The notes: generated by a model not told the origin, from the sequence alone. 64,000 nt of DNA from Phaeosaccion multiseriatum (GCA_965112735.1 OZ218951.1:1488001-1552000), one strand, 5' to 3'. Numbered from the stretch's first letter, positions 39,339 through 52,559 are shown. Numbers and translations: made by a program.

Positions 39339-40752
39339 TTAGAAAAGACCGAAGGGGTCGCTCTGTGGCTGCTGCTGCTGAGGAGGAGGGGGAGGAGGAT
39401 GTTGCGGCTCTTGGGGTTGTGACCCAAGCACACCCACACCACCACCACCACCACCCAGCCCCATGCCGCCCATTCCCACCCCCAAAGCGGCCACTGGAGC
39501 GCTTCCCGACGTAGCGAAAGGGTCGGATTGCTGCTGCTGCTGCTGCTGCTGTACCACCAACGGCTGCTGTTGCTGCTGCTGATGGACTGGGCCACCCCCG
39601 CCGTAGCCCTGCGCACTCATCCCCCCCGTCCCCAAGGGTCCCATTCCCGTCCCCATCCCACCCACACCCGGACTCAGCGGTTGCAAAGGCATCGATGGCA
39701 TCGGTGTCGATCCATAGCCGGAGGGGGGGATGGCAGCAGATGTAGATGCACCCACCCCACCCCCCCCCTGGGGCCCCATATCCAACAGCCCCGACCCGCC
39801 CGCGTCCCCGCCAAAGGGATTATCGGACGGCGCTGTCTCCGCAGGCATCTGCTGCTGTGCCACCTTCTGCGGTTGAGGCGCCGTGTAAAAGGGAGAAGGC
39901 GTCGTGTCGAAAGGCGACGGCACCCCCCCCCCTCCCCCTCCCCCTCCCCCTAACCCACTCGCGATGCTGTCCATGCCCAGGCCCATCGCCCCCAGTTGCC
40001 CCCCCAACCCTCCCACCCCGGAAACCATCACATCTTCACCTCCCCCAAGCAGGTCTCCTCCTCCTCCTCCTCCTCCTCCTCCTCCTCCTCCTCCTCCTCC
40101 TCCTCCTCCCCCTCCATAGCCCCCCGTCCCTCTGTAGAGAGCAGAGGTGGACGGGGTATCACCAGGAGGCGGGCCGAGCAAGCCTCCTCCTCCTCCTGCT
40201 GCTCCTCCTCCTCCGCGACCCTTGGTCATCGATGGGGTGTCGCCCGGAGGGGGGGCCAGAAAGCCTCCGTCCCCTCCCCCCCCTCTGCTACTTCCGCCCT
40301 TTCTTCGCCTGCCTGCCGTCTTGCTGCCCCCAATGTTGATTTTAATCTTCTGCCCCTCCTTCAGGGTTAGATCCCTCTTGGGACCCTCGTCTTCCACTCG
40401 GCTGCTGCTGCTGCCGCCGCCTCCTCCGTCGTCATCACCGCTGTCCGCACCCGTGCCCTGCCCCCTCTTCTTGAGCCTCTCTTCCCTCTCCTTCTCCTTG
40501 TTGAACTCCTGTTGGTTTGGCATGCAATGATTACATAATGTGATGTAAATAAATGAAAGTGCAAACATGTCCATTACATAAGTGTGTGGTGACATCGAAG
40601 TTCATCATCGCAGTTGTGGATGACAAGCAAGCCGGCGGGGAATGGTACGAGAATCGCAGCAATATGCTGGAGGACGGAGGAGGTGAGAATGCGTGCGAGC
40701 GTGCATGAGTGTGGTGGGTGCCTCTCTGGTACATACGCGTGCATGTGTGTGT

Positions 40753-40799
<47 letters not shown>

Positions 40800-42336
40800 G
40801 ACCCCACCCACCTGCAGCGCGACGTTAAAGTCGAATGCGTGATTACGATCGTTGAAGGCAAGCCCTATGAAGGCATGATTCCCCTGCGGGTTACGAATCT
40901 TGAGAACGAAGTAACGAGTGCTGTCGCTGCACCTCTCCACCGAGCCTTCTTCTACAAGACATACCGCAAACACCTTGGGGCGGCGGCCGGGTGGGAGTGA
41001 CGGCACGGAAACACACAAGGGTCAGAGGATGATGGGTGGGTCACAAGGAACACACGAATGGCATACACAGGGGGAGGAGCAAGAGCAAGAGAGCAACATG
41101 AAGGGGGGGGGGAGAGAAAAGATGAGGGCAGTAAAGAAGGGAAAGGGTGGAGGAGGGACGCGGGGGCAGGGCGGCGTGAGGAAGTGACATATAGACTGGG
41201 CAAGGGAAGGAGTGAGTGAGTGAATTTGGGAGCACACAAAAGAGGATGGAAGGTTTGGGCCGTTTCCTCTTGCCCCGCCCCCCCCCCTCCCCCCATCTCC
41301 CTCTCTCCGCACGCACACGCACACGCAAACGCAAACGCAAATGCACACGCCCTCATACGCGCATGCAACGCACGTACACACGCACTCACCGCTCCATTGT
41401 CCTTGTTGCGCAGCATAATGGCGCACTCCATCCCCCTCTGCACAACCTTGAGGCACCCCGTCCAAGCAGGCTCAGTGCCCATGTCAGCGGCTCTGTAAGG
41501 AGGGAAGGGGCGAGAGTGATGCAAGCACACCAACACGACGGAACACGACACAGACACATGACGACGAGAACAGGGAGAGCGTGAGTAATCGGCTTGAGAT
41601 TCAGCAGAGGGAACGGGTGATATTGGGTGGAGGGGATTGTGGCTGTTGGGGGGGGGGGGCTTTTTCTTCATCCTACAAAGGCACTGGAACAAGAAGCTCC
41701 TGTCTTTCGGCAAGAAGGGGGAGAAACGTGTGCTGGTGGTGGTGCTGCTCCTCTTGCTGCTCGTGGTGGTGTGGGGCTCGCCCCCATTGCAAAATGCAGC
41801 GAGACGCAGCAGAGAAGAAATGAGTGTACGGTGCTTTGCTTTGGACAGAGATACTTGAAAGAGCGACAATAGCAGGACGAGAGATGTAGATGCAACATGA
41901 GTAGCAAGCAGCATGCAGCAAGCCGCAATCTCCCCTTCTCTTACTTGTATCCATCTGCACTCGTTCTTGGTGGCAGCCTGAAGGCGAAGCAGTCGGGTAT
42001 CTGTGTCAGGGTGTGCTCTACCACATCATCATCTTCTCATATCAAAGCGGTCGCATCCAGCGTTCCAGCGAAGGATCAGCGGGTGGCACAGGGGGGTGCA
42101 AACGGGGGGCGAGGAGGGAGAGGGAAGAGGGGGGAGAACAATAAGAGAGAGAGGGGGGAAATGGGCAGAGACGAATGAATGAATACAGCGAAGCACCAGA
42201 AATGGGGCACAGCATGACAAGGAGCAGTCTGTGCGCGCGCATCCTGCTTTCGTGCGGTCATTTTCCTCATTTTTCTGAAGGGTGCTTCTTCCTTCCCAAA
42301 CAAGTCTTCCTCCTTCCGCCCTCTCTCACCTGCCAT
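39339..42336 (-). CDS. NECAP: Adaptin ear-binding coat-associated protein (NECAP, PHear domain). Exons: 42336-42330, about 42032-41945, 41492-41390, 40973-40812, 40508-39339
   Basis: RLPPRTSADGYKAAD...VERCSDSTRYFVLKI...FIGLAFNDRNHAFDFNVALQ and DLTLKEGQKIKINI. Tail carries NPF/DPF motifs. Confidence 0.9.
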
Positions 42337-42745
42337 CTCTGACTGCTGTCGGCGGCGCAATGCCGTCTAGCTCGAGACAAGGAGCAGCACAGAGGCAGCA
42401 CAGAGAGTTGCCCTCTCTCCTTTTCTTGACCGGCCCCTCCCGGAACCTCGGCGTGATCGCGGTTGAGGGTCCCTTTGGTGCCATCTACGTCGTGCTCGAA
42501 TTTTGAATTTTAGCTTCCCCCCCCCCGACCCTTTTTAGCTCACCGCCCGGCGCGGGATACAAAGACGGTCATCGAGAGTGCCTCGCCTCGACACCCCCTC
42601 GGCTCCATTTGCTGCCTTCCCGAAACTGATACTGTCCACCCTCCTCTCCTCCACCCCTTCCTCCACGCCGTCTAGCTACTGACTGCTTGCCTTCCTTCAC
42701 GTCCGCCTCTGGGGCGCCAGCCACTGCCCTCCTCGTCGTGGGTGC

Positions 42746-43237
42746 CTACGACACTTTGTCTGGGCAGTACCACTCCCCGCCAGGGACCTTGAAGAGAGGC
42801 GCATCAAAGCAGTACGTATGCGGAGAGGAAAGGTTTCCGTGGTCGATGTCCTCTCCGCATATCTGACAAGTGGTTACCTCGTGAAAAGCCTGAAAGTCTT
42901 TGGACCTCTTGACGCGGCGCCCACGCGTAGACACGGCCTCCACCGTCCGCCCCCTCTTCCTCTTGTCCGGTAACGTCACGTCCACTGACACGTCCTCTTG
43001 CCCCACATGGTCGCAGCCAGTCGTCATCACTGCCCAACAGATCGTTTGGGTCAGGGGGTGCCACCGCAGCGCCCTCTGCGTTGTCCTTGACAATCTCCCG
43101 GCAGTTCTGGTACGGTTGCTCCGTGATGGCAAGCGCCCGTGACCTTTTCTGGACGAATTCGATCCCTCTCGAAGTTCTCTCACCTCCTTGTATATAAAGT
43201 ACCTTGCTCCAGCCATGATAGCTGGGCAAGACCCCAT
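42746..43237 (-). pseudogene. ORF ending in a degenerate PHD finger (probable relic)
   Basis: CQICG...HTYCFDAPLFKVPGGEWYCPD lacks the central CxxC and the final Cys of the C4HC3 motif. Confidence 0.5.
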
Positions 43238-43396
43238 GAAAGTATAGTGCGGGTCGTCAACCCGCCCGATATTTACCAGCTATGACCAGCGCCAGCCGAC
43301 ACGCTATCAGCCACTAGTGACTAGTGAAACGCTATCTCTGGCAAGCCCGCCCCGGTGGCAGCCCACGGCTGGTGCAACATGACCCGTGTTCGGTAC

Positions 43397-46300
43397 TCAA
43401 AAGCACGCGCAAAATGGCCTCCGTCGCGGCCGTGGGGGTGAACGAGGGCTCGACGGCTCATCAGTGGCCGGGGCGGGCATGGGCTCACCAGTGGCTGGCA
43501 GGGGCTCAAGAGTGGCCCGGGCTGCTGGAAGTGGCTCATCGCTGGGCTGGGCGCCCCCTGGGGCGGGCATGGGCTCATCAGTGGCTGGCAGGGGCTCAAG
43601 AGTGGCCCGTGGCTCATCGCTGGGCTGGGCGCCCCCTGGGGCGGGCAGGGGCTCACCACTGGGCGGCGCGGGCAGCTTCCTCTCCTCAGGCAACGTGGAT
43701 GCTGCTGCCGGGGCGGCTCCCACATCTCCGCTGGCAGAGACCATTGCGAAACAAGCCTCTTCAATAGCCTTCTTGCCCACAGGCTTCGAGATGATGGTTG
43801 TGGCTCCTGCCGCTAGTAGGGCGTTCTTTGACTTCTCCGTCACGTCTGCGGTGAATGCTGCGATGGGGGTCGCCTGCAGCACGCCAGTTTCAGTTTCAGC
43901 CTCGAAGCGGCGAATGGCAGCGATGCAGTCCGCCCCGGACATGACGGGCATGTGGTAGTCCATAAATATCCCATGAATGACGCGCCCCTCCTCGAATAAC
44001 CGCTGCACCAGCTCAAAGCCGGCCTTGCCGTTGTCCGCCGTAAGCACCTCCGTGTTGCTGCCCAAAGCGCGCACGATCTGACGGGAGGCGAGCTTGACAT
44101 TGGTCTTGCTGTCATCGACCAGCACGATGAGGTAGCTTCTGGACAGGTCGGGCTTCTCTGCTGTGCGAGGAAGAGACTCGACGGTCACATCGACACTCTC
44201 CGGAACCACCACTTCGAGGGGCACCATACAGCAGAACATGGTGCCCTTGTCCACCTCTGATGCCACTCCCAAGTAGCCTCCCATCTCGCGTGTGTTGACC
44301 CTGCAAATGTGCAGACCCAGCCCAGTGCCCTCGTACATCTTGGTGGACCCAATGGATACGTACGGCGACAGAACGCTCTCCAGCTTATCGGCGGGGATAC
44401 CGCAGCCGGTGTCGGTCACCGTAAGCATCAACCATCCAAAGCGGCGACCCTGCGTAGAGCTGGGTGTCTCGGCTGGCGCAGCATCGGGAATGCTGGAGAA
44501 TGCGTAGCTTTGAGCCGCGGAATGCCACCGTTCCATTGCCTCCGTCAGCGTGTCGCAAAGGCCCACCGTCGCAGTCACCCGGCCGCCAGTGGGCGTGAAC
44601 TTGATGGCGTTGTTGACCAGGTTGGCCGCGATTTGCCTGAGCCCGACCTGGTCCCCTCGCACGGTTTCGTCGGCGCTGCTATCGTACGTGACCCCGAGGG
44701 TGATACCCTTGAGGCTGGCATAGTCGCGCATGTCATCCATTACGCTGGAAACAACAGCGGCAAAACTGAAGTTGCTTACTTCGGGCGCCTTCGATGATGC
44801 AGCAATGAAGCGACAAGAGGGGCGCGCGTCAAGGGAGGTGAAGCAAGTCAGGAGGAAAGAGGGACGCACCTCGTTCTTGCGCTTGGCGATGTTGAGAGGG
44901 TTGTCGAGTGTTTGGAGCATGGTGATGCCGCTGTGCAAGGCCGTGTCCAGAATGTCGTTCCGCTCTACTTCGCTCATGCTTGGGTCTTCACGGACGATTC
45001 GAATCGCGCTCATGACTCCTTCGTAGCGAAACGAAAAAGGAGGAGAGGAAGCAGACAGAGGTGAGAACAGCGAGTCAGCTGGTGTATCGAGTCTGAGTAA
45101 AAAAAGAAAGTGAGACAGGGCGTGATGAGCTGGAAGGGAGTGTCTACGTTAGCGACTGAAGTCTGGCTCGTGGGCACGGCAATGGGACTCGTTTTGAACT
45201 CACCGTGGAAGGGCGTCCTCAACTCGTGTGACATGTGCGCGAAGAACTGTCACACCAGGCACACGGGAGGGTGGACGCAAAAGGGGTGGCCGGGGGGAGG
45301 CAGTAGGCAGGATTGGGAGGGTGACACGAGTAGGGAGGATTGCGAATGACGGTACGGAGGGCAGAAGACAGCAAGTAGTGGTGACAGCTGGTCCAGTAAG
45401 CAGCACTATTTGCTCAAGCCACTGCGTACCTCGTGATCGGTTCGGCTCTTCTCCAGTGCGGCGTCTCTTTGCAGATTGCTCTCCACCAGCGCATCTTGCA
45501 CGGCTTCAAGCATCTTGGTGTTTGTAGCGGCAAGCACGTGGTCCCCCAGGGTGGAGATGAGGCTCACATCACGCTCACTCCAGGGGCGAACCTCCTTCTT
45601 CATCTCCTCGAGGAAGGCAGCGAAAGAATTTCCCGACATTGGTCCTTCTTCTCTGGTCTCGGACGCTGCTGCTTGCCTTTGAAACTCGTGTGCCCTTGAT
45701 AGCCTCGTCAGTACGAGGTTCAGGCTGTTGCTCGATATACACGCATAGGCGCGTAAGGGCCCATGTATCACCCCAAAGGAGCGGCCCACAACTCCCAGCA
45801 TGATGGGTTCATGATGTCGGGCCTGCTCGTCGCCCACCTCGAACAGGATGGCGCCCGTGAGGGGGTCCTGGGCCCGAATGGCGTCCACACCAATTAAGGT
45901 CATGATGGTGTTCGCGTGGGTCTGAAGGAAAGCCACGACGCCCCGCGACTCAGGCAGAGCCTGCAGAATCTCCTCCATGCGTAGCTTGGCTTCCCGCGTC
46001 GCACTCTCCTCGGATGACCTGCCCGTGTAAGGTGTCACAGTAGCAGGCGAGCGAAGCATGTGGAAGGAGAGGCGGAGAGCAAGGGCTCCAACACATTAGG
46101 AAGGGTGCTCCACCTCGTGCAGTTCGAGGTACTGGACAGATGCATCACGGATAACTCGAGACGGGGAAGACAAGTCCACACAAGCCAGCCCTCACAGTGC
46201 CAGAGAGCCAGCGAAGCAGAGACATGAGGCAATATAGACAGAAAGGCGATGCGGCAGAGGCAAAAGGGCTCTAGCTAACGACTTCGGCGAGGGGGCGGAT

Positions 46301-46404
46301 AACTCAAGACCGGGATGATGAGCCCCCCACGCGAGCCAGCAGCACGAGCCGAGAGTAGGGTGAATAACGTTTTGCTGCTACAGGGGTGGGGAGTCTCACA
46401 TCAT
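43397..46404 (-). CDS. Hybrid histidine kinase copy 2 (inverted paralogue of copy 1). Exons: probable 46404-46400, then 46018-45430, 45246-45204, 45018-44870, 44788-43397
   Basis: Same intron positions as copy 1; H-box HELRTPFHG, NLVNNAIKFT, DTGCGI, GTGLGL, receiver FMDYHMP; ends RPRRRPFCACF*. Confidence 0.83.
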
Positions 46405-47139
46405 CGCACAGCAGCTGGCAGGCAAAGTATACACTAAAGTGGGGAAGAGAGAGAAAAAAAGTAGGGCTCCGAGACGGGGTGGTCGGAACCCTTCCCTCCC
46501 CTACAGGCCTCCTCCAATTGGAGCCTCGGCGTCTGCGATGTTGGAGGAGCGGGGCATCAGCAGTTCGTAGCGCGCTATCTCCGATGGGGAGGCAGGGATT
46601 TTGGTCCATAGCGTAGGTCAGGGGAATGGTTTATACTCTAATTCGAGCGGGAGGCACCACAAGGAGGTGAACATGACTCAGTCAAACCTTTGACACATGT
46701 CTCTCCTCCCTCCCTGCCTCCAGCGTGCTCTACGGTACGAGAGGTGATGACTTTATCGGACCCTCGAGAGAGGGGAAGCTTCTGACCTGTGAAGGCGCTG
46801 GCTGAGAAGCGCACTGCAAGCTCTCAAGTGCCGAACACGGCAAAGGGAGCTTGGAACAGGCTATTATGGGGCAAGGCGATGTGATGAAGAATACTACAGT
46901 ACATCTTTTCATTGAGAGATGCTTGAAGTGAACAGTGGGATGCTTGCCCTGGCTCACACGCCAACAGATGTGAAGTACACCGTTCCGAAAGACGTCGCAC
47001 ACCAGGCATCGGAGTGGCACCCGTCATCAGGGCCAACGCCAGCAGAGGAGCTACTTAGTCGAGGTGTAGGTCGCGCAGCTACGCCGCAGCGAGTATCGAT
47101 GACTACCCTCGCCCTACGTAGTTCCGTAATATTCACACT

Positions 47140-47180
<41 letters not shown>

Positions 47181-47469
47181 GTCCAGGAAAAGGTTCGACA
47201 CATATATCAATACACAGCACCCGTTGTCAGATGCTCGGGCAGGCATCTCGGTTTTCGCTATCCGTTCTTCTGCTCCTTAGGCGAAGGTGCTCTTCTCTTC
47301 TCTTCTCTTCTCCTCTCTAGCCGAATACACTCGTCTCCTCTCTACCCCCCCCCCCCCCTTCTACTGTCCTCTCTAGCTAGGGGCGAAGAATACTGTTCTG
47401 CCTCCTTCCTAAGCGGCGAAGTGTAGGCTCTTTTCTGAGCTCCTCTCCCTCTCCATCTCCATCTCCTCT

Positions 47470-48970
47470 CTAGGCGAAGATGCTCGTCTTGCCGTCGAGA
47501 ACGTCTTCGTCGACCTTTTTGGGTACGAGGTCCCCGAGGATGGAGTTTCCGTTCTTCCCCGTGATGAAGCGCCGGCCCTTTGCCGCCAGCAGCTTCAGGA
47601 CCTGTGGAGAGAGGGGAGGAGGGGGGGGGTGAGGCGCATGCAGAGGAAAGAAGCAGTGCGGTACGTTCAGCCCTTCCAGGCAGACGCAGACAGACGCAGA
47701 CAGACGAGAAGGTAGGCACGCGACACTCACGCACGCACTCACGTCAAGGCGCTTCCACTCCAATTCGAACTTGCGCTTCTCCGCGAGGTTCTTAATGGCC
47801 GCCAACTCGGCCTAAACGGATGGTGATACATATGGGCATAGGGGTAGGCACAAGAGAGGCAGAGGAGAAGCAAGACGTTAGGCACAGGAGAGAGGAGAGA
47901 GGTGGAGGCGATAGCGCAGGCAAGGCAAAGGGAAGCGGTGCAGTGCACAGCGGAGCAAAGCGAAGAGGAGCGGAGAAAAAAGGGGCAAGGCAAAGGGAAG
48001 CGGTGCAGTGCACAGCGGAGCAAAGCGAAGAGGAGCGGAGAAAAAAGGGGCAAGGAGAAGGGAAGGGGAAGTAACAAGAAGACCTCTTCATGCACGAGAG
48101 AAATTGAGTCGATCAGGAAGAAAAGCACATGACATTCATGCACGCACGCGCACACGCATGCACACACACACATACGCGCAGGGACGCACGCACGCATCAC
48201 GAGTTCCCCAACAGCACTTCTTCCTCTCAAGCCGACAAACCCTTGCCTCCCCTCCCATTCCCTTCCACCCATTCACCCTCTCATCCAACACCCACCCTAC
48301 CCACCCACCCACCCACCCACCACCCACCCACCAACCCAGCCACCCACACACCCGCTCACCCACCCACCCGACCACTGACTTGCGACTCACCTCGGCCGTG
48401 GCGATGTTAGCCTTCGCGGCTGCCTCTGCCGAGGCCTTTTTGGCTTCGCTGGCGAGGATGGCAACCTCTGCCTTTCGATCTGCGTCGGCACGCACCATGT
48501 CGCACTCGATCTCGGCCTGCAGTGGAGGGGAGGAGAGGGAAGGGGAGAAAAGGGGGGGGGGGGGAGGAGACGGGAGGAGAGAGGAGGAGAGAGGAGGAGA
48601 GCGGACGGGAGGGGAGGGGAGGGGGAGTGCAAGTGTGGGCGCAGTGTCAGTGTAGCTGAAGGTAGCGTGGTGAAGGGGACGATGGGATAGAGTGGTACAG
48701 TGTGCTCGTCGTGCATATCGAGTAGTGTTGTGCCGTTTCAGTAGGGCACTCGCGCCCTCCCTCCCTCCCTCCCCTCCCTCCCTCTCCTCCCCTCTCCTCC
48801 CCAACTCACCCTGCGGACTCTGGCCTCCGCCTCTCGTTGTGCGTTGATCTTGGAGGCTTCCTCGTCTCCCTCGGCCCTGCGGAGCTTTACTTCACAGCGC
48901 GCACGTGCCTCCGTCTCCTTCACTCGGGCCTGACCCTTTTCTCCCTGCGCTCGAGGTGTATGTGTGTGTG

Positions 48971-49039
<69 letters not shown>

Positions 49040-52000
49040 TTGCGTGTGTGTGTGTGTGCGTGTGCGTGTGTGTGCATGTGTGTGTGCGTGTGTGTGCATG
49101 TGTGTGTGTAGGGCGTACATAATAGTAGGTCAGTCAGTACAGATCAAGCAGCAGGCCAAAGACCAAGACCAATAGGAAAAAAGAAGAACACTAAGGGAAG
49201 ACGCAACGCATACGCAGCCCACTTGCCTGCTTGCATGCGTACCCTTCCCACACACCCGCCTACAGCCCTCTCTCTCTACCCCCCATTTAGAGCCCGTCAA
49301 CATCCCATCTAGACCCGCTCTGCATCCCATCTAGAGCTGAGCCCACCAAGTGCCATCGTCCGAGTCATCTCCTCCCCTCTTCTCTTCGCCTCCTCCATCT
49401 CGAGCTTCTCCATCTTGAAGCACGTGATGGCCGCCTCGATCTCCCATCTATAGCCCCTCTACAACCATTTAGAGACCCTCTATATCCCATCTAGAGCCCC
49501 TGTACATCTCATCTAGAGCTCCTCCTCACTCCTCACCTCCTCCATCTCGTGCTTCTCAATCTCGAATCGCATGATAGCGGCTTCAAGTTCCTGAATGCGT
49601 CTTGCGTTGGCCTTGCGCAGCGTGGTGATGTCCTGCTCAGCCACGTCATTCAGCACTCGAATCCTGGATGGCAATGGATGGGTCGGGATGGCAATGGATG
49701 AGTGAGGATAGCAATGGATGGATTGGGATGGTGGGGCACAGCACATGCCAAGTATTTGACTTCACGGGGAGCGACGGCCCATCCCGCTCACCCCCCCCTC
49801 CCCTCGCCTCCCTCCCTCCCTCCCTTCCCCCCGCCCCTGCCCCTTCCCCACTCACTTGTTCTCGTGTGCCTTTTCCTGCTCCTCAATCTTGGTCTTGTAC
49901 CCAGTGGTCCTCTCCAGGCGGTGCTGCAGAAGGTAGGGCAGCTGCACATCCGTGATTTTGACGTACTGGATCTGTACGCCGAACTCGCTAAGTACGCTGT
50001 TCAAGGCCTGGAGCATGTCTCCCGCAAACTCCTCCCGGAGGTCGTTGACGCGGTCGTGTGTCACTGTGTGGGGGGTAGGTAGGTAGATAGGTAGATAGAT
50101 AGGTAGGTCGGTAGGTCGGTAGGTAGGTAGGTAGGTAGGTAGGTAGGTAGGTAGGTAGGTAGGTGGGTAGGTGGGTAGGTAGGTAGGTAGGTAGGTGGGT
50201 AGGTAGGTAGGAAGGAAGGAAGGAAGGAAGGAAGGAAGAAGGAAGAACGAAGGGAAGTAGGGAGGGAAAAAAAGAAGGAATGAATCATAGGCCCATTCCA
50301 ACGCAAGACGTACACACCCAAAGGGAGGGGAGGGATGTTCAGCAATCAGACCAGCACGTGGGCAGGGCGTGGCTCACAAATGGCGGCTCACGTACCGGTG
50401 TACACGAGGCCTCTGATGCTCTCGTCCACCTTGGCGGAGAGGAGCTCATCGAGGCGCTGGGCTCCGAGTCGGTACACAAAGTCCCTTGCACCTGCCCAGT
50501 AGGGGTTGGATAGAGGCATATAGAGAAGGGGAAGAGGAACACAAGCACGATGGAGGGATTAGGACAGATGCTTACGCGGAGGAAGAGGGGAGGACACATG
50601 AGAAGCAAAGGGGACAAAGGGGCATGAGGGTGGGTGGGAAGATAGGGGAGGGGAGGACCGCCATGGGCTATGCCCTACGCCACGTACCCTCAAAGTCCGG
50701 CCCAATTCGAAACGTCAACATCAAGTTGATGTTCACCTGGCGTATGGGGAAGGAGGGAGAGAGGTACGGAGGAAGGAAGGAAGGAAGGAAGGAAGGGAGG
50801 GAGGGAGGGAGGGAGGGAGGGAGGGAGGGAGGGAGGGAGGGAGGGAGGGAGGGAGGGAGGGAGGGAGGGAGGGAGGGAGGGAGGGAGGGAGGGAGGGAGG
50901 GAGAAGGAAGGAAGCGGTGGTCAGAAAGGACCCATAGTGTGTGTTGTATAGGGCCTCTACTGCTTCGGGCCTGCTTCCCCCCACCAAGTAGAATGGGGAA
51001 TCCTGCTCTGCCCCTGTACCTCTACCCTGCCCATACACCTCCACCTCTACCCTGCCCATATACCTCTTCCCTGCCCATACACCTCTACCCTCCCCTACCC
51101 TACCTTGTCCACACACCTCCGCCCTGTTCTGCCATACCCTGCCCTCTCCCCTTCCCCTCCCCTCCCTCTCCCCTTCCTGTCCCCCCCCATGGCTCTGGCT
51201 CACCATGATGTTGTCGGCCGTGGGGATGGAGTACGTGGGGGCGCAGTAGGTGATGGCCTGGCGCGTGATGACGTGGCTGATGCGGTTGTACGCCGGCCAG
51301 AACCACTTTACTCCGGCTTGGAGCTGAGAGCCAACCATTCCATCGCATCGCATTGCATTGCAATATCATCATCAATCGCATTGCATTATCATCATCAATC
51401 GCATTGGAGGAAGTATTCACACGGACAGGAAAGGAAGCCAAAGGTCAGAAAGATGAGGGAAGGAGATGCGAGAGTTTTGTGTGAACAAAGAAGAGCGGCT
51501 TGACTTCCAGCTTTTCCATCCCTCTGCTCTTTCCTCTCGGAGGAGATGGACAAAGGGGAAAAGCGAAGCGCCCTTCCCACATGTGGCTCCACTTGCCCCC
51601 GTTCCCTCGAACTCCGGGCACAGAAATGGACCCCCTCCCTGCCTTCCTTGCCTCCGTCCTCCTCTTCCCCACCGTTTCTCCCTGCCTCCCTGCCTTCTTC
51701 CCCTCCTCCCCCCTCTATCCCTTCCGTATGTGCAGTGGGTGGTAGATTTTACCTGTCCCTGGTCCTTCATCCACCTCTGGTGAAGCACGTACACTCCAGA
51801 AGGGCTGTTGCCAGTTGTTGTTGTTTTGGTAGAGAGGGCGGGAAGACGTCAAGTGCGTTGTGAGAGTTAGGCCCCAAGTGAACGATACATCTTTCAATTG
51901 CGGGGGGGGGGGGGGGGGGGGTCGAAAAGAGGGTAGATGATTGGGGGGGAAAGGGGAACTTGCAGTATAGACTTACACGTTGAGGGCGAAGTGGAAAAGC

Positions 52001-52436
52001 AAAGGCCATCTAGGGACCAGGACGATGGGAATCTCCGCTCCTGTTGAACCAAGTATGGGAGCGGTCGCGCGTGGGAATTGGTTAGTTGTTGGAATGAAGG
52101 GCAAACGTGTAGAGGGCAAATGTCAAAACACCCAGAAAAGGCGCGTGAATGGGGAGAGGGTAGGGGGCCCTGAGGGAAGCATCGCCATCGAAGGCTGGAA
52201 GTCCCACGACAAGAATCACCACCCTCCAGTCTTTCCCGTGGCTCACCTCCAGTCTGGAAAGCACTGCCAGCTTCAACAGGTTTCTTAATTCGTCGCTGCA
52301 CCAACTTGCTGTGCTCCACTCCATCGAAGCGCATGTCGTTAACGCCTCCACCTCCACCATAGGGCTGCTGCTGCTGTTGCTGCTCCATTCCCTGCATCAT
52401 CATCTGCTGCTGGTATATGTCCATGTTCTCTCTCAT
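47470..52436 (-). CDS. SPFH/Band-7 (stomatin/prohibitin-like) domain protein with a C-terminal coiled coil; about 11 introns
   Basis: Spliced VPSGVYVLHQRW...AGVKWFWPAYNRISHVITRQ...PTADNIMVNINLMLTFRI...FGVQIQYVKITDVQLP, followed by AE-rich helices; stop at 47470-47472. Confidence 0.82.
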
Positions 52437-52559
52437 CAATTTTTTTGTGAAACTACGAAACTACTGTGGCAGCCGTGTTGGTGCTCCAACCAACCCCGGA
52501 TATTCTCTTGGGGGAGCGCAATTCCTTTCTTCCTCCTTGCTTCGATACTTCTTCCCACC
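52437..52559. promoter_or_regulatory. Very short (about 123 bp) divergent intergenic region between the SPFH and ECI genes
   Basis: ATGs at 52436(-) and 52560(+). Confidence 0.5.
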
